DNA of 64,000 nucleotides from the human T2T-CHM13v2.0 reference genome, Homo sapiens: the NCBI RefSeq assembly GCF_009914755.1, contig NC_060935.1; one strand, written 5' to 3'. The position numbers and the translations under genes were made by a program. Positions 34,054 to 45,887 of the stretch are shown piece after piece. The notes beneath the pieces are model-generated. The model made no database searches. It had not been told where the DNA came from and saw only the letters and a list, made by a program, of their open reading frames with translations. Position 1 is the first letter of the stretch; each line of letters starts with the position of its first letter.

Positions 34054-36136
34054 TAAAGTATCTTCTCTGAACATAATGTAATAAAACTAGAAATCAATAA
34101 CAAGAGGAACCTTGGAAAATATGCATACACATGGAATTAAACAACATGCTCCTTGACCAAGGGGTCAATGAAGAAATTAAGAAGGAAATTTAAAAATTTC
34201 TTGAAGCAAATGAAAATGGAAATACAACATACCAAAATCTATAGGGTATGGCAAAAGCAGTACTAAGAGGGAAGTTTATAGCAAAAACACTTATAACAAA
34301 AAAGTAGAAATATTCCAAAGAAACAACCCAATAATGCACCTCAAGGAACTAGAAAAGCAAGAACAAACCAAACCCAAAATAGGTGGAAGGAAAGAAATAA
34401 TAAAGATCAGAGAAGAAATAAGCGAAATTGAGCCAAAAAATACAGAAGATCAACAAAATGAGAAGTTGGTTTTTTGAAAAGATAAACAAAACTGATAAAC
34501 CTTTAGCTAGACTAAGAAGAAACGTGAGAAGACCCAAATGAATAAAATCAGAAATGAAAAAAGGAGACATAACGACTGAGACTTCAGAAATACGAAGAAT
34601 CATTAGAGACTATTATGAACAAGCATAAACTAATAAATTGGAAAACCTGGAAGAAATGAATAAATGAAGAAATGAAATTATACTTTTCATCTTCTATTCT
34701 ATGTACAACATACCAAGAGTGAATTGTGAAGAAATAGAAAACCTCAACAAACCAATAGCTAGTAATGAGATCAAAGGTATAATAAAATGTCTTCCATCAA
34801 GGAAAAGCCTAGGACCTGATGGATTCACAGGAGAATTCAAACTAACATTTAAAGAAGAGCTAATATCAATCCTACTCAAACTCTTCAAAAAAAAAAAAAA
34901 AAACTGAAGAAGAGGGAATACTTCCAGACCCATAAGGTCAGCGTTACCCTGATACCAAAACTAGACAAGGACACACAACAAAAGAAAACTACAGACGAAT
35001 ATCACTGATGAACATACATGCAAAAATCCTCAACAAAACACTAGCAAAGTGAATCCTATAATACATCAAAGGATCATTGACTATGATCAAGTGGGACTCA
35101 TCCCAGGGATGCTTCAAAAATGATTAAATTTACAGAAATAAACATGATGTACCATATTAGCAGAATCAATAACAAAAACCATATAATTTTTTCAATAGAT
35201 GTCAAAAAGTATTTGATAAAATTCATCCCTTTATCATAAAAACCCTCATCAAAATGGATATAGAAGGAACATACCTCAAATTATTAAAGGCCATCTATGT
35301 CAAACTCATGGCTAACATCAGACCGAAAGGGGAAAATTTGAAGGCCTTTTCTCTAAAGACTGGTACAAGATAAGAATTGCCCACTTTTACCACTTTTATT
35401 CAACATGATACTGGAAGTCCTGGTCAGAGCAACTAGGCAAAGAAAGAATAAAAGGGCATCCAAATTGTAAAGGAAGAAGTCAAGTTAACCTTGTTTGAAG
35501 AGGACATGATCTTATTACTTAGAAAGACCTAAAAACTCCACCAAAAAACTGATAGAACATAAAACAAATTCAGTAAAGTTGCAGGTTACAAAATCAACAT
35601 ACAAAAATCAGTAGCATTTATATGTGCCAACAGTGAACAATCTGAAAAATCAAGAAAGTAATCCCATTTACAATAGCTGCAAAAAATATAAAATACCTAG
35701 GAATCAATCTAACCAAAGAAATAAAAGTTCTGTACAAGGAAATAAAATTCTGATGAAAGAAACAGAAGAGGACACCAAAAAGTGGAAATATATTCCATGC
35801 TCATGGATTGGAAGAATAATATTGTTAAAATGACAATACTACTACAAACTACTTACAGATTCAATGCAATCCCTATCAAAATACCGATGACATTCTTCAC
35901 AAAAAGAGAAAAAAAAAAAACAAACCTAACATTTATATAGAACCACAAAAGACCCTGAATAGGCAAAGCAATCCTGAGCATAAAGAACAAAGCTGGGTTG
36001 GGCATAGTGGCTTATACCTGTAATCTCAGCACTTTGGGAGGCCAAAATGGGAGAACTGCATGAGGCCAGGAGTTCGAGCCTGCAGTGAGCTATGAGTGCA
36101 CCACTGCACTCCAGCCTGGGCAACAGAGTGAGACCC

Positions 36137-36177
<41 letters not shown>

Positions 36178-37220
36178 CAGAGTGAGACCCTTCACACACA
36201 CACACACACCACACACACAAACATACCCTGAAACACAAAAACCCCCAAACCAAAAAACAAAGCTGGAGGGATCACAATACCGGACTTCAAAACTTATTAC
36301 AAAAGCATAGTAACCAAAACAGCGTGGTACTGGCATAAAAGCAGACACATAGACCAGTGGAACAGAATAGAGAACCCAGTTATAAATTCATGCATTTATA
36401 ACCAACTCATCTTTGACAAAAGCACCAAAAACTTAGAATGGGAAAAGTCCAGTCTTTTAAAAAAAAATGGTGCTGAGAAAACAGCATAACTATGCAGAAG
36501 AATGAAACTAGACCCCCATCTCTCACTATACAAAAATATCAAATCAAAATGGATTAAAGAGTTGAACCTAACACCTGAAACTGTGAAACTCCTAGGAGAA
36601 AGCATTGGGCAAATACTTTGAGATGTTGGTCTGGGCAAAGATTTCTTGTATAAGACCTCAGAAGCACAGGCAACCAAAGCAAAAATAGACAATTGGGATT
36701 ACATCAAGCTAAAAAGTTTCTGTACAGCAAAGGAAACAGTCAACAAAGTGAATAGACAATCCACAGAATGGGAGAATGGGAGAAAATATTTGCAAACTAT
36801 TCACCTGATAAGGGATCAATAATAAGAATACATAAGGAGCTTAAACAACTCAATAGTAAAAAAAAAATCCAATTTAGTAATGGGCAAAAAATTTGAACAG
36901 ACATTTCTCAAAAGGAGACATACGAATTGCCAACAGGTGTAAGAAAAAATGTTCAGTATCACTAATCATCAGAGACATGCAAATCAATATCATAATGTGA
37001 TATCATCTCACCCCAGTTAAAATGGCTTGAATCAAAAAGACAGGCACTAACAGATGCTGGAAAGGATGTGGAGAAAGGGGAATCCTCATACACTGTTGGT
37101 GGGAATGTGAATTAGTATAGCCACTACGGAGAACAGTATGGAGGTTTGTCAAAAAACTGAAAATAGAACTACCATGTGCTCCAGCAATTCTACCACTAGG
37201 TACATATCCAAAAGAAAGGC
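34054..37220 (+). mobile_element. Older L1 (L1PB/L1MA-like) ORF2 segment with an Alu-derived insert (~35997-36255)
   Basis: Degenerate ORF2 ([23 protein letters not shown]). Insert TSD aacaaagctgg at 35986-35996 and 36256-36266. Confidence 0.9.
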
Positions 37221-38224
37221 AGCATGGTGCTCAATAAGTATTTATTGATAAATTAGCCTGAAGCAATGTGGGATAGCCATTACCTAGATCAGAAAGGTGT
37301 GGTTTTTATGGATTACACTGTGGTAAAATTCCTTTTATATATATTTTTGAGGAGAGAGGGTGGAAATGTTAACAAAAGCGGGAACTTTTGGAATACAAAA
37401 ATTAGGATCTTATAGTACTTTCATAGCAACATTAATGAAGCATAAGGTAAATGCTTAGTAAATGATCATTCGTAGGCTTTTTCTCATCCTATAAAATTGC
37501 TCAGCCTTTTTGGGGAGCCACCTGTTGTTCTTGAATCAGAGCTGGTGTGGAGTCAACCTAGGAGTCAGCATCTTAGAAGAGATTAGGAGCATGCTACTTC
37601 TCTGAGCCCCCAAATTAGTAGATGGATAATCTTAGGAAAATTGGTTGTTTAGTTCCTTCTGGTGAGTATTTTTGGATGCTTGAAAAGAATCGTAGCCAAC
37701 CCATCTCTTTGGCAGTTAAACAAGCATATATGACTAAGCAGATTGTGTATTTACATAGGACACGTATTACATTTCAGTTACAAACACCAGGGAGTGATAA
37801 ATATCATCAAGGTGTCCTAAGTGGGGAGGGAAGAATAGAGTCGGAATTCTTACGAGGTGCACAATTTTAGGGATCAGCAAAGAATGTTGGCATCCTGAAA
37901 TTTAGCATCATTATTAAAAGAAAACTTTGTTGCTTATTACAAGCTTATTACTGGACATACCATGTTTCCTTCTGGTTGTACATTGCGTTATATATATTAT
38001 AAATAGGGTGTTGAGTCCAATCTCTCTCCTTCACTGCAAGACCCTGTTGCAGTGGTCCCTATACACAAATATATGTGTATATAGGTGTTGTTATCCCACA
38101 TCCTTCAGCCAGTTAAGGGCAGGGCTGACTCTGAGGCATTGTGGGAATAACAACACTGCCTATATACACAAATACGTGTGTATATATGTGTGTGTATATA
38201 TAGGTGTGTGTGTATATATATATG

Positions 38225-38269
<45 letters not shown>

Positions 38270-38517
38270 TTTGCCCATTTCTTAACAGAAATTACTATTA
38301 GGGGAAAAATGACCAGTTTTCACTTGAGGGAAATGAAAATTGAGATAGTTTTGCCCCAAAGTCTGGTCTTGAAAACACACATACACTCACCATTTGATTC
38401 GTTCTTTAATACCCACACACAAATAATACAATTAGACAACATTCTCTGTGTTTTAACTTACTCATTAGAGACTTATATTTGAATGGAACACATTCATTAT
38501 TCTTGTTTAAAGTATAA

Positions 38518-38523
38518 TTTATT
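38518..38523 (-). terminator. PLET1 polyadenylation signal
   Basis: AATAAA on the minus strand about 610 nt after the stop. Confidence 0.7.
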
Positions 38524-39133
38524 TGTTGTGACAAAAATGTTTTTATAACATAGTTTTTTTCTATATTGGCTTCTCAGACATGGTTCGTTCCTGTTCTCTT
38601 GCCCTTCAAAATCTACTGGTGTGGACAAATGGGAAGCTGCCAGCAGCCTCAGAGCTATTTCTCCTTTCTCCTTTCTTTCTTGAGTCACATGAGTCACAGA
38701 AGTTCCTTGTAACCTGAATGGGTTTGGTTAGAAATCTGAGATCATCTTGAAAGTAAGGAAGGATTCTTCCCACAGAAACTCAGAGGTTGCAGGGGAATCA
38801 TTTGGCAGTGAACAAAAGTTGAGATTGGCTGTGGAATTGGCTGCCAACCTGTTCAACCAATAGGGAGAACCTAGGTGACTAAGTTCCGGCCAGTTCTAAA
38901 TATTTTCAAAAAGTGTAATATGTGTCCTGAAAGATCCAGATGAACATCTATGTGACCCAAGCCTGCCAATGAGTGCCTCCAGATCTTTGTTTTGGTCTGA
39001 AGCCGTGGCAGCAAAGTTGCACATTTGAGAATGTAAAGCCTTCATTTACACACATTCGGTTCCCAGCACTAGCTTGGAACTGAATGTAGGAGGATGCAGT
39101 GGAGGCAGAAACAATTGTTTCCCTGGCTTCCCT

Positions 39134-39309
39134 TTAGAAGAGAAGTGTGCTGGTGAGAAAAGCAAGCAGGATATAAATGGCCTCTGTGATGGGGCTGCTG
39201 AAGACTTGGTTGGCCAAGCCTTCGAGTCTGATACTCTTGGGTGTAATCATGAAGAAAGGCTTGAAGGCTGAGCTCTGGGGAATCTTGGCAGCTAAGGCTA
39301 AGGTTGACA
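39134..39309 (-). CDS. PLET1: PLET1 exon 4 (C-terminus with hydrophobic GPI-signal-like tail)
   Basis: cacctttccag| (L)[57 protein letters not shown] then TAA. The four exons sum to 624 nt, i.e. 207 aa plus stop. Confidence 0.9.
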
Positions 39310-40031
39310 CTGGAAAGGTGGTTGAGGGTGCGGTTGGCACTGGAAAATGGCATCGGAACCTCCGTTGGGTGGTGGGTGGGCACTCGAGAAAGGAGGGTAA
39401 TCTGATGGAATGCTAGAGCCAGATTCATGAGCAAAATTCAATCAACCCTTCTCCAGTGCCAAGTGTTTTCAGAGGAGGGGAAAAGCTGGGGGTTAAACAC
39501 ACAGGGTTAAGTAACAAAAATAAGGAAGAAACACTTTCTACCCTTAAGGTCTGCATAGTTCTATGAGATGAGGTGGAGACCTATTGAATTTATACAACTG
39601 CTGCATTTGTTGTTGGGGTGGGTAGTCTCCTCCTGAATGTAATCTTGTCTTTAATAGATTAGGTTAATCAGTGCAAATATGATCCAGAATGACACAATGT
39701 TATTTTCTTCTTGTGAATTTCAAGGGCTTGTAAGAACCAGATCCAATCCAGACCTGAGGACGGCCATCCCTGCTTTAAAGTTAATGGAAAGGTGCCCAGT
39801 CCAAAGCCCCGACTCTGTTTCTGTGATTTCTGAGGCACTGGTCAGTTTTATATGAAGGGACCTGATCACACATTGGTTCTCTGAGGTTAACTTGCAGAGA
39901 AGCACAGAAAGCTAGGCCCATAGTCCTGAGGGGTTGTCTGATCCTGGACAAACTGGAGGTTGGCGGGAATACCTCCAAGACTCTGAGTGGACTGTAGGGA
40001 GGTCTGTAAGGAAGAGGAAGAGACCAGATGT

Positions 40032-40320
<289 letters not shown>

Positions 40321-40599
40321 GGAAAAGGAAGAAGGGGAATGTCCAGGAGTCGACTCAGGCCTGTGGAGTCTTCTTCCCGCCTGGAGGGTGCCTTCCAGTA
40401 AGGTAGCATTGTCTAATCTTTAGCACTTCCCCAGGCCAAATGTTTCTCTGGCATCCCACTAACCCAGACAGTTGGAATGCAACTACTTTCTTTTTCTTTT
40501 TTTTTTAACTGGATTTTGTTAGCCTGGAGCTAACGAGTCCTGACTAGAAACAAACCTTTTTTTTTTTTTTTTTTTTTTTTTTTTCCTTTTTGGCATTTA

Positions 40600-41152
40600 T
40601 GTCAGGGAAGCAGGAGCCTAGGAGAGTCAGAGTGACACCATTTAAAAGTCAACTACATCTTGCAACTAGCAAGCACATTCCTTGCCAGTCACAGCCCATG
40701 GTCCTAAGATGTTTACAGTTGAGGAAACAGACCGAAGATACCAACAAGGACACACTCCTGTAACAGCGGAAAGTCCAGATGTCCCAATACCCTTGACAAT
40801 ATATGCTTTCAAGATAATTATAGTTACGCTTTGATGGACTTACACACTAAAATGTCAGGGATAGTTTTCTTTACATCAATAAAGTAATAAATTTTGTCAT
40901 GCTGTCAGCCCACCCACACACAGGCACAGCTTAGTTTAGTCTTTACATAGACAAGGCCCCTATACAAGAAAAACTTAAAGACAGTGTGTTCCTCCACCTG
41001 CTTTCTGAGGACACCCTACTCTGTAATAGAGTAGCTTTCAGTAAACTATCTCTTTTCACTACAGGCTGCCACTCACCTTGAATTCCTTCCTGTGTGAGAT
41101 CCAAAAACGCTCTATCGGGATCTGATATCAAGACCCCCCTTTTCCAGTAACA
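40600..41152 (+). mobile_element. Solo LTR (MER41/MER4 group by recall) in PLET1 intron 3
   Basis: TGTCAGG...CAGTAACA ends. 4-bp TSD TTTA at 40596-40599 and 41153-41156. Its 3' part is homologous to the reverse complement of 32325-32520. Confidence 0.75.
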
Positions 41153-41623
41153 TTTACACAAGGGTTCATCTTGGCAATGGCCTTGAGGAAAAAACTACTC
41201 TCTGTTTTCTTGCAGAGGGAAATCCACCAAGGAAATAGTTAAGACATTCATATAATAGTTTCATTAGGCATAATCACTTTACAATTTGTTGTTGAATATA
41301 ATTCTCCCTTTGAACACATTTTGCAATGCGTAACTGGCGGGAAAATAGGCAGCATGCTAGGTGTCTTTCAGTGTCTGGGGGCTCGTGAGGACCACCTGTT
41401 GTTGGACAGTGAGAAAGGCTAATGTTTCTTGTTCTTGGTTGAATCTTGTATTTAAAAAAGTCATTCAAAAACAATGTATTTTTATAGTTTTGATGTAAGT
41501 CTAAGAAAAGTGGAAAAATATGATATGGAATAGGAGTCTTCTTTTGGCCATTTACTTTCTGTGTGGCCTTAGACAAGTTACCTATTTTTCTGAATCTCCT
41601 TTCTTGAACCTTTTTGTAAATTA

Positions 41624-42050
<427 letters not shown>

Positions 42051-42684
42051 TAAATTTGTTATATATAGCTCCTTAGAGGGAGGTAAGAGAAAAGAAAGGG
42101 AATGGGGAAGAAGATGGGCGAGGAACCTCAGGGAGGTGCGAAGCTGGGGGCGACAGCCTGTGAAAAGTGTGGAAATTCCTAGTAGAGTGGTGGTGGCCAC
42201 AGGCCACTGTAAGAACTAAAGACATTGCTATTTCTATGATATCAATCCTTCTTTGTGCAACTCCCCAGCCTCCACCCCCAATCCCTTTAAAACCCTTTGG
42301 TTAAAGTCTACTGTATCCATTAAGGCTTTGTGTGAGTGGGAATTATTTGTGGAAATTGAGGAAGATGTTTTCACATTGTGTCTATGTGGTATTGAACAGA
42401 AACAGCTCCTATGGAAGCGGCATTTGGAGCCACAGATGACCCTGAGAATATAAAGACCCTGGGAATTTGCAGAAATCTTGGGGGAGGGCTTTTGTTTTCT
42501 AAAGGACATGGGACAACGGGTTGGGCAAATATTCTATAGGTCTCAAGGTGCAGGGAGACTCAACTGATAGATAGCTGAGTGATGCGTGGTAAGAAGACCC
42601 TCTTTTCTAGGGAACCCACAAGGTAATTTTCCAGGCTGACTGAGTTCATTGCAAGACTTGCAAATGGGCTGCAAAGGAACTCAC

Positions 42685-42746
42685 GTTTTTCTCTTAGCTT
42701 CAGAGTAGGAAGTATAGGCAGCGCTCTGATCTGGACAGTGAAAGCT
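42685..42746 (-). CDS. PLET1: PLET1 exon 3
   Basis: ccctccacag| (Q)AFTVQIRALPILPTLKLREK |gtgagt. 62 nt, phases match exons 2 and 4. Not in the ORF track. Confidence 0.92.
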
Positions 42747-44526
42747 CTGTGGAGGGCAAATCAATGAGAGATAATGCTGAGGACCTCATGCGGAATTCAC
42801 AAGTTCAGCTCACATTTCGGACTTCCCCGCCGCTTAATTCCTTTTGTGCTTACTTTCTGTATGGCACAATGAGCAGATCATTAAATACTGGTCTGCTTTT
42901 GATTGATAAGATCCTCCACGATCTTGGTCAACTTCCACACAGCCTCTCCCATTCCAACGCCCCTACCAACATCACCACCCTGACTGCCCACAGGCTGGTA
43001 CACATACCTCTGGTCTTTGTTCAAGCCAGTCCCTCTGCCTATAATACCTGTCCTGGTCACATCTGCTCATAGACTCAATGGTAACCTCTATGAAGTTGTT
43101 TCTCCCTATTGTCACTAAGCTAGGCATGATGCTCTGTTGCACTGACTTGCTAGGAGCCTCTGTCCCCATGGGAGGACCGACTTTATAAGGCAGGTTCTGT
43201 TGTCAACAGTGCCTGACATATCATAGGTGCTTTATGTTTGCACTGGTACCGCTTGGTCTGTTATCCTATCAATAAACCCATTATATGAGTCCCTTGTTCA
43301 TACATGTGTTAGATCATTAATGAAAGGACACCTCATTTCAGTCACTGTGCCTGGTGCTGAGGGGGCAGTGGTTGAGCAAGACAGGCCTGGTTTTCATCCT
43401 CAGGGCACTTACAGTCTCTTCAGAGGGATAGATTTTAAACAGATTATCAATTACCTAGGTAAAGAATTGATCTGTGATGTACGCTGTGATGAAGGGGAAG
43501 AAATTCTGAGAGTGTACAACTGGGAGCTCATATTTGATTTGGGAGTTCAGGGAATGGTTTATTGAGGAATTAACCTCAGTCATTATTTCTACATAGGCCT
43601 TGCCTCCCTAACCTCGCCTCCCTAACCTCATTGTAACATTCCATGAGTAGGGACCTCTTCCCATCCCTTTTGTGCCCAGCCCACCATTGTGGAGTCCCCT
43701 GCTTTCTGCATTCCTCATAATATGTGGCTCCACTCCCCTTGACTCAGCCTCGCTGATCAAGGCCATGTAACATGGTATAAACAAGCAGGGAGGCCAGCGT
43801 GTTATCGCGGGTGTGCAAGTTGGGAGAGGTCTGGAGACCATGCTGTCAGTGGGATTGGGCCGTTTGTCTTGCGGATGGTCACTGTTTGGTCTTTCATCTC
43901 TTGTTGCATGGAATGTGGAGGCTTTAATGATGTGAGATGAAAAGAAAGCCCTTGCCCTAATTGGCCTTGGCTAGCTTCTAAGCAACTGCTGTCATTGGGA
44001 AGCTGGATTGTAGTAGCTCCCATTGGGTTCTACTCTTGCAGTCACTCTGTGGGCACAATAGTCCCTCCTCCAAAGCCAATTAGGTCCAACCAGGCCCAGT
44101 GCATGGAGGGAGAGGGCAGGGTGGTTTGACAGCATAGTCATCATTATCAGCTTCCATAGAGACATGGCTGTTCAAGCTGACACAGCCTGAGGGTCAGACC
44201 GGCCCTTTCAGTACAGAATGGAATCTGAAAGCCTTAAGTACTTCCCAACATGTGGTTCCTGAAGTAAACCTAATGACAGATCCTAGCTGGGAGGAAGATT
44301 TGTTGTTAAAGTCTAATGCGATTCCAGGTGACCTTACCTCAGAATCTGAGTGTGTCCATTTTGTGTGACACTAGCAAGCCAGTTTTATTACACAATCATC
44401 ACACTTTCTGTTAGCGAGCCATTTCCAAAGTGAATCCATGTTTTAAAAAATGATTCTCCAGTTTGAACATAGGGAATATGAAACAAAGAGGGTGCTCAGT
44501 TCTTTCTGAGGATGTTGAGCATAAGT

Positions 44527-44563
<37 letters not shown>

Positions 44564-45506
44564 AAAGGGGGTATGTGTGGGAACGTGGTCTGGTATGTGC
44601 GTGTGGTGTCTGTAAGGTGTGTAGTGTGTGTATGTGTGTGGTGTGTAGTGTGAGTAGCATGTGGTGTGTGGGGGTGGTGTGTGGTGTGTGTGTGTGGTAT
44701 TTGTATGGTGTGTGTGGTGTATGTGTGGGGTGTGTGTGTGGTACCTCTATGGTGTGTGTATGGTATGTACGTGTGTGTGGTATGTACGTGTGTGTGGTGT
44801 GTGTGGTGTGAGTGGTGCATGTGGTATGTATGTGTGTGTGGCATGAGTGTGTGTGGTGTGTGTGGTATGTATGTGTGTGGTATGTGTGTGTGTGTGGTGT
44901 ATATGTGATGTGGTGCGTGTGGTATGTATGTGTGGCATGAGTGCGTATGGCATGTGTGTGTGGTGTGTGTGGTATGAGTGTGTGTGGTGTGTGTGGTGTG
45001 TGCTGTGTGTGTGATGTGTATGTGGTATGTATGTGTGTGTGGTGTGTGTGGTATGTATGTGTGTGTTGTGAGTGTGTGTGTGGTGTGTGTGTGCTGTGTG
45101 TGTGGTGTGTGTGCTGCGTGTGGTATGTATGTGTGTGTGTGGTGTGTGGTGCATGTGTGGTGTGTGTGGTATGTGGGGTGTATGTGTTGTGTGTGGTGTG
45201 TGTGTGGTATGTGTGTGTGGTGCATGTGGTATGTATGTGTGTGGTATGTGGTGTGTGGGGTATGTATGTGTGTGTGCTGTGAGCGTGTGTGTGGTGTGTG
45301 TGATATGTGGTGTGTGGTATGTATGTGTGTGTGGTGTGTGAGGTATGTGGTGTGTGTGGGGTGCGTGTGGTATGTGTGTGTGTGTGGTGTGTGTGGTATG
45401 TATGTGTGGTGTATGTGTGTGAGGTGTGTGGGGTGCATGTGTGTGTGTGGTGTGTATGTGGTGTGAGTGTGTGTGTGGTATGTGGTGTGTGTGTGAATGT
45501 GTGTGT
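44527..45506. repeat. ~980-bp complex (GT)-rich microsatellite (units such as GTGTGTG, GTAT, GTG) in PLET1 intron 2
   Basis: Directly visible low-complexity tract that produces the His/Thr and Val/Cys ORFs in the track. Confidence 0.98.
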
Positions 45507-45685
45507 CTGCAAGCGCCTATAGATGGAAGGGATGGTAGAGCACTGTGAGACGGTAATGAAGTGCGACTGCTGAGTTCTCCATATCACGTCTGGATTGTAT
45601 TTTAAGTCCTCCTAGCTTAGTGTAAAACTGCATAAACCCAATATGAAAATTTTAAAGCCCAAAGCAAAGCAAGCTAGGTTCTTAC

Positions 45686-45887
45686 TGTATCTCCACTTCA
45701 GTTATGTTCTCAGGTTCAGGAGCTTGCCACTGTGCCTCTAAGACCGTCATGTATTGATCTTTCACGTAATACGTGGAGTTGCTGTAGCAATTTTTATCCG
45801 CTCTTTGCCAGAGGCCCGCTGAGTCACTGTTCTCGTCCAAGGTTTTCATGACCACAGCATAGACGCTGTCATTCACGGGAACAAATA
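45686..45887 (-). CDS. PLET1: PLET1 exon 2
   Basis: cctcccag| [67 protein letters not shown] |gtaag. 202 nt with several N-glycosylation sequons. Confidence 0.94.

Noticed and set aside
44443-45587. Long His/Thr-rich (331 and 363 aa) and Val/Cys-rich ORFs
   Set aside because: They are translations of the GT/CA microsatellite, which lacks stop codons by composition. There is no splice or promoter support.
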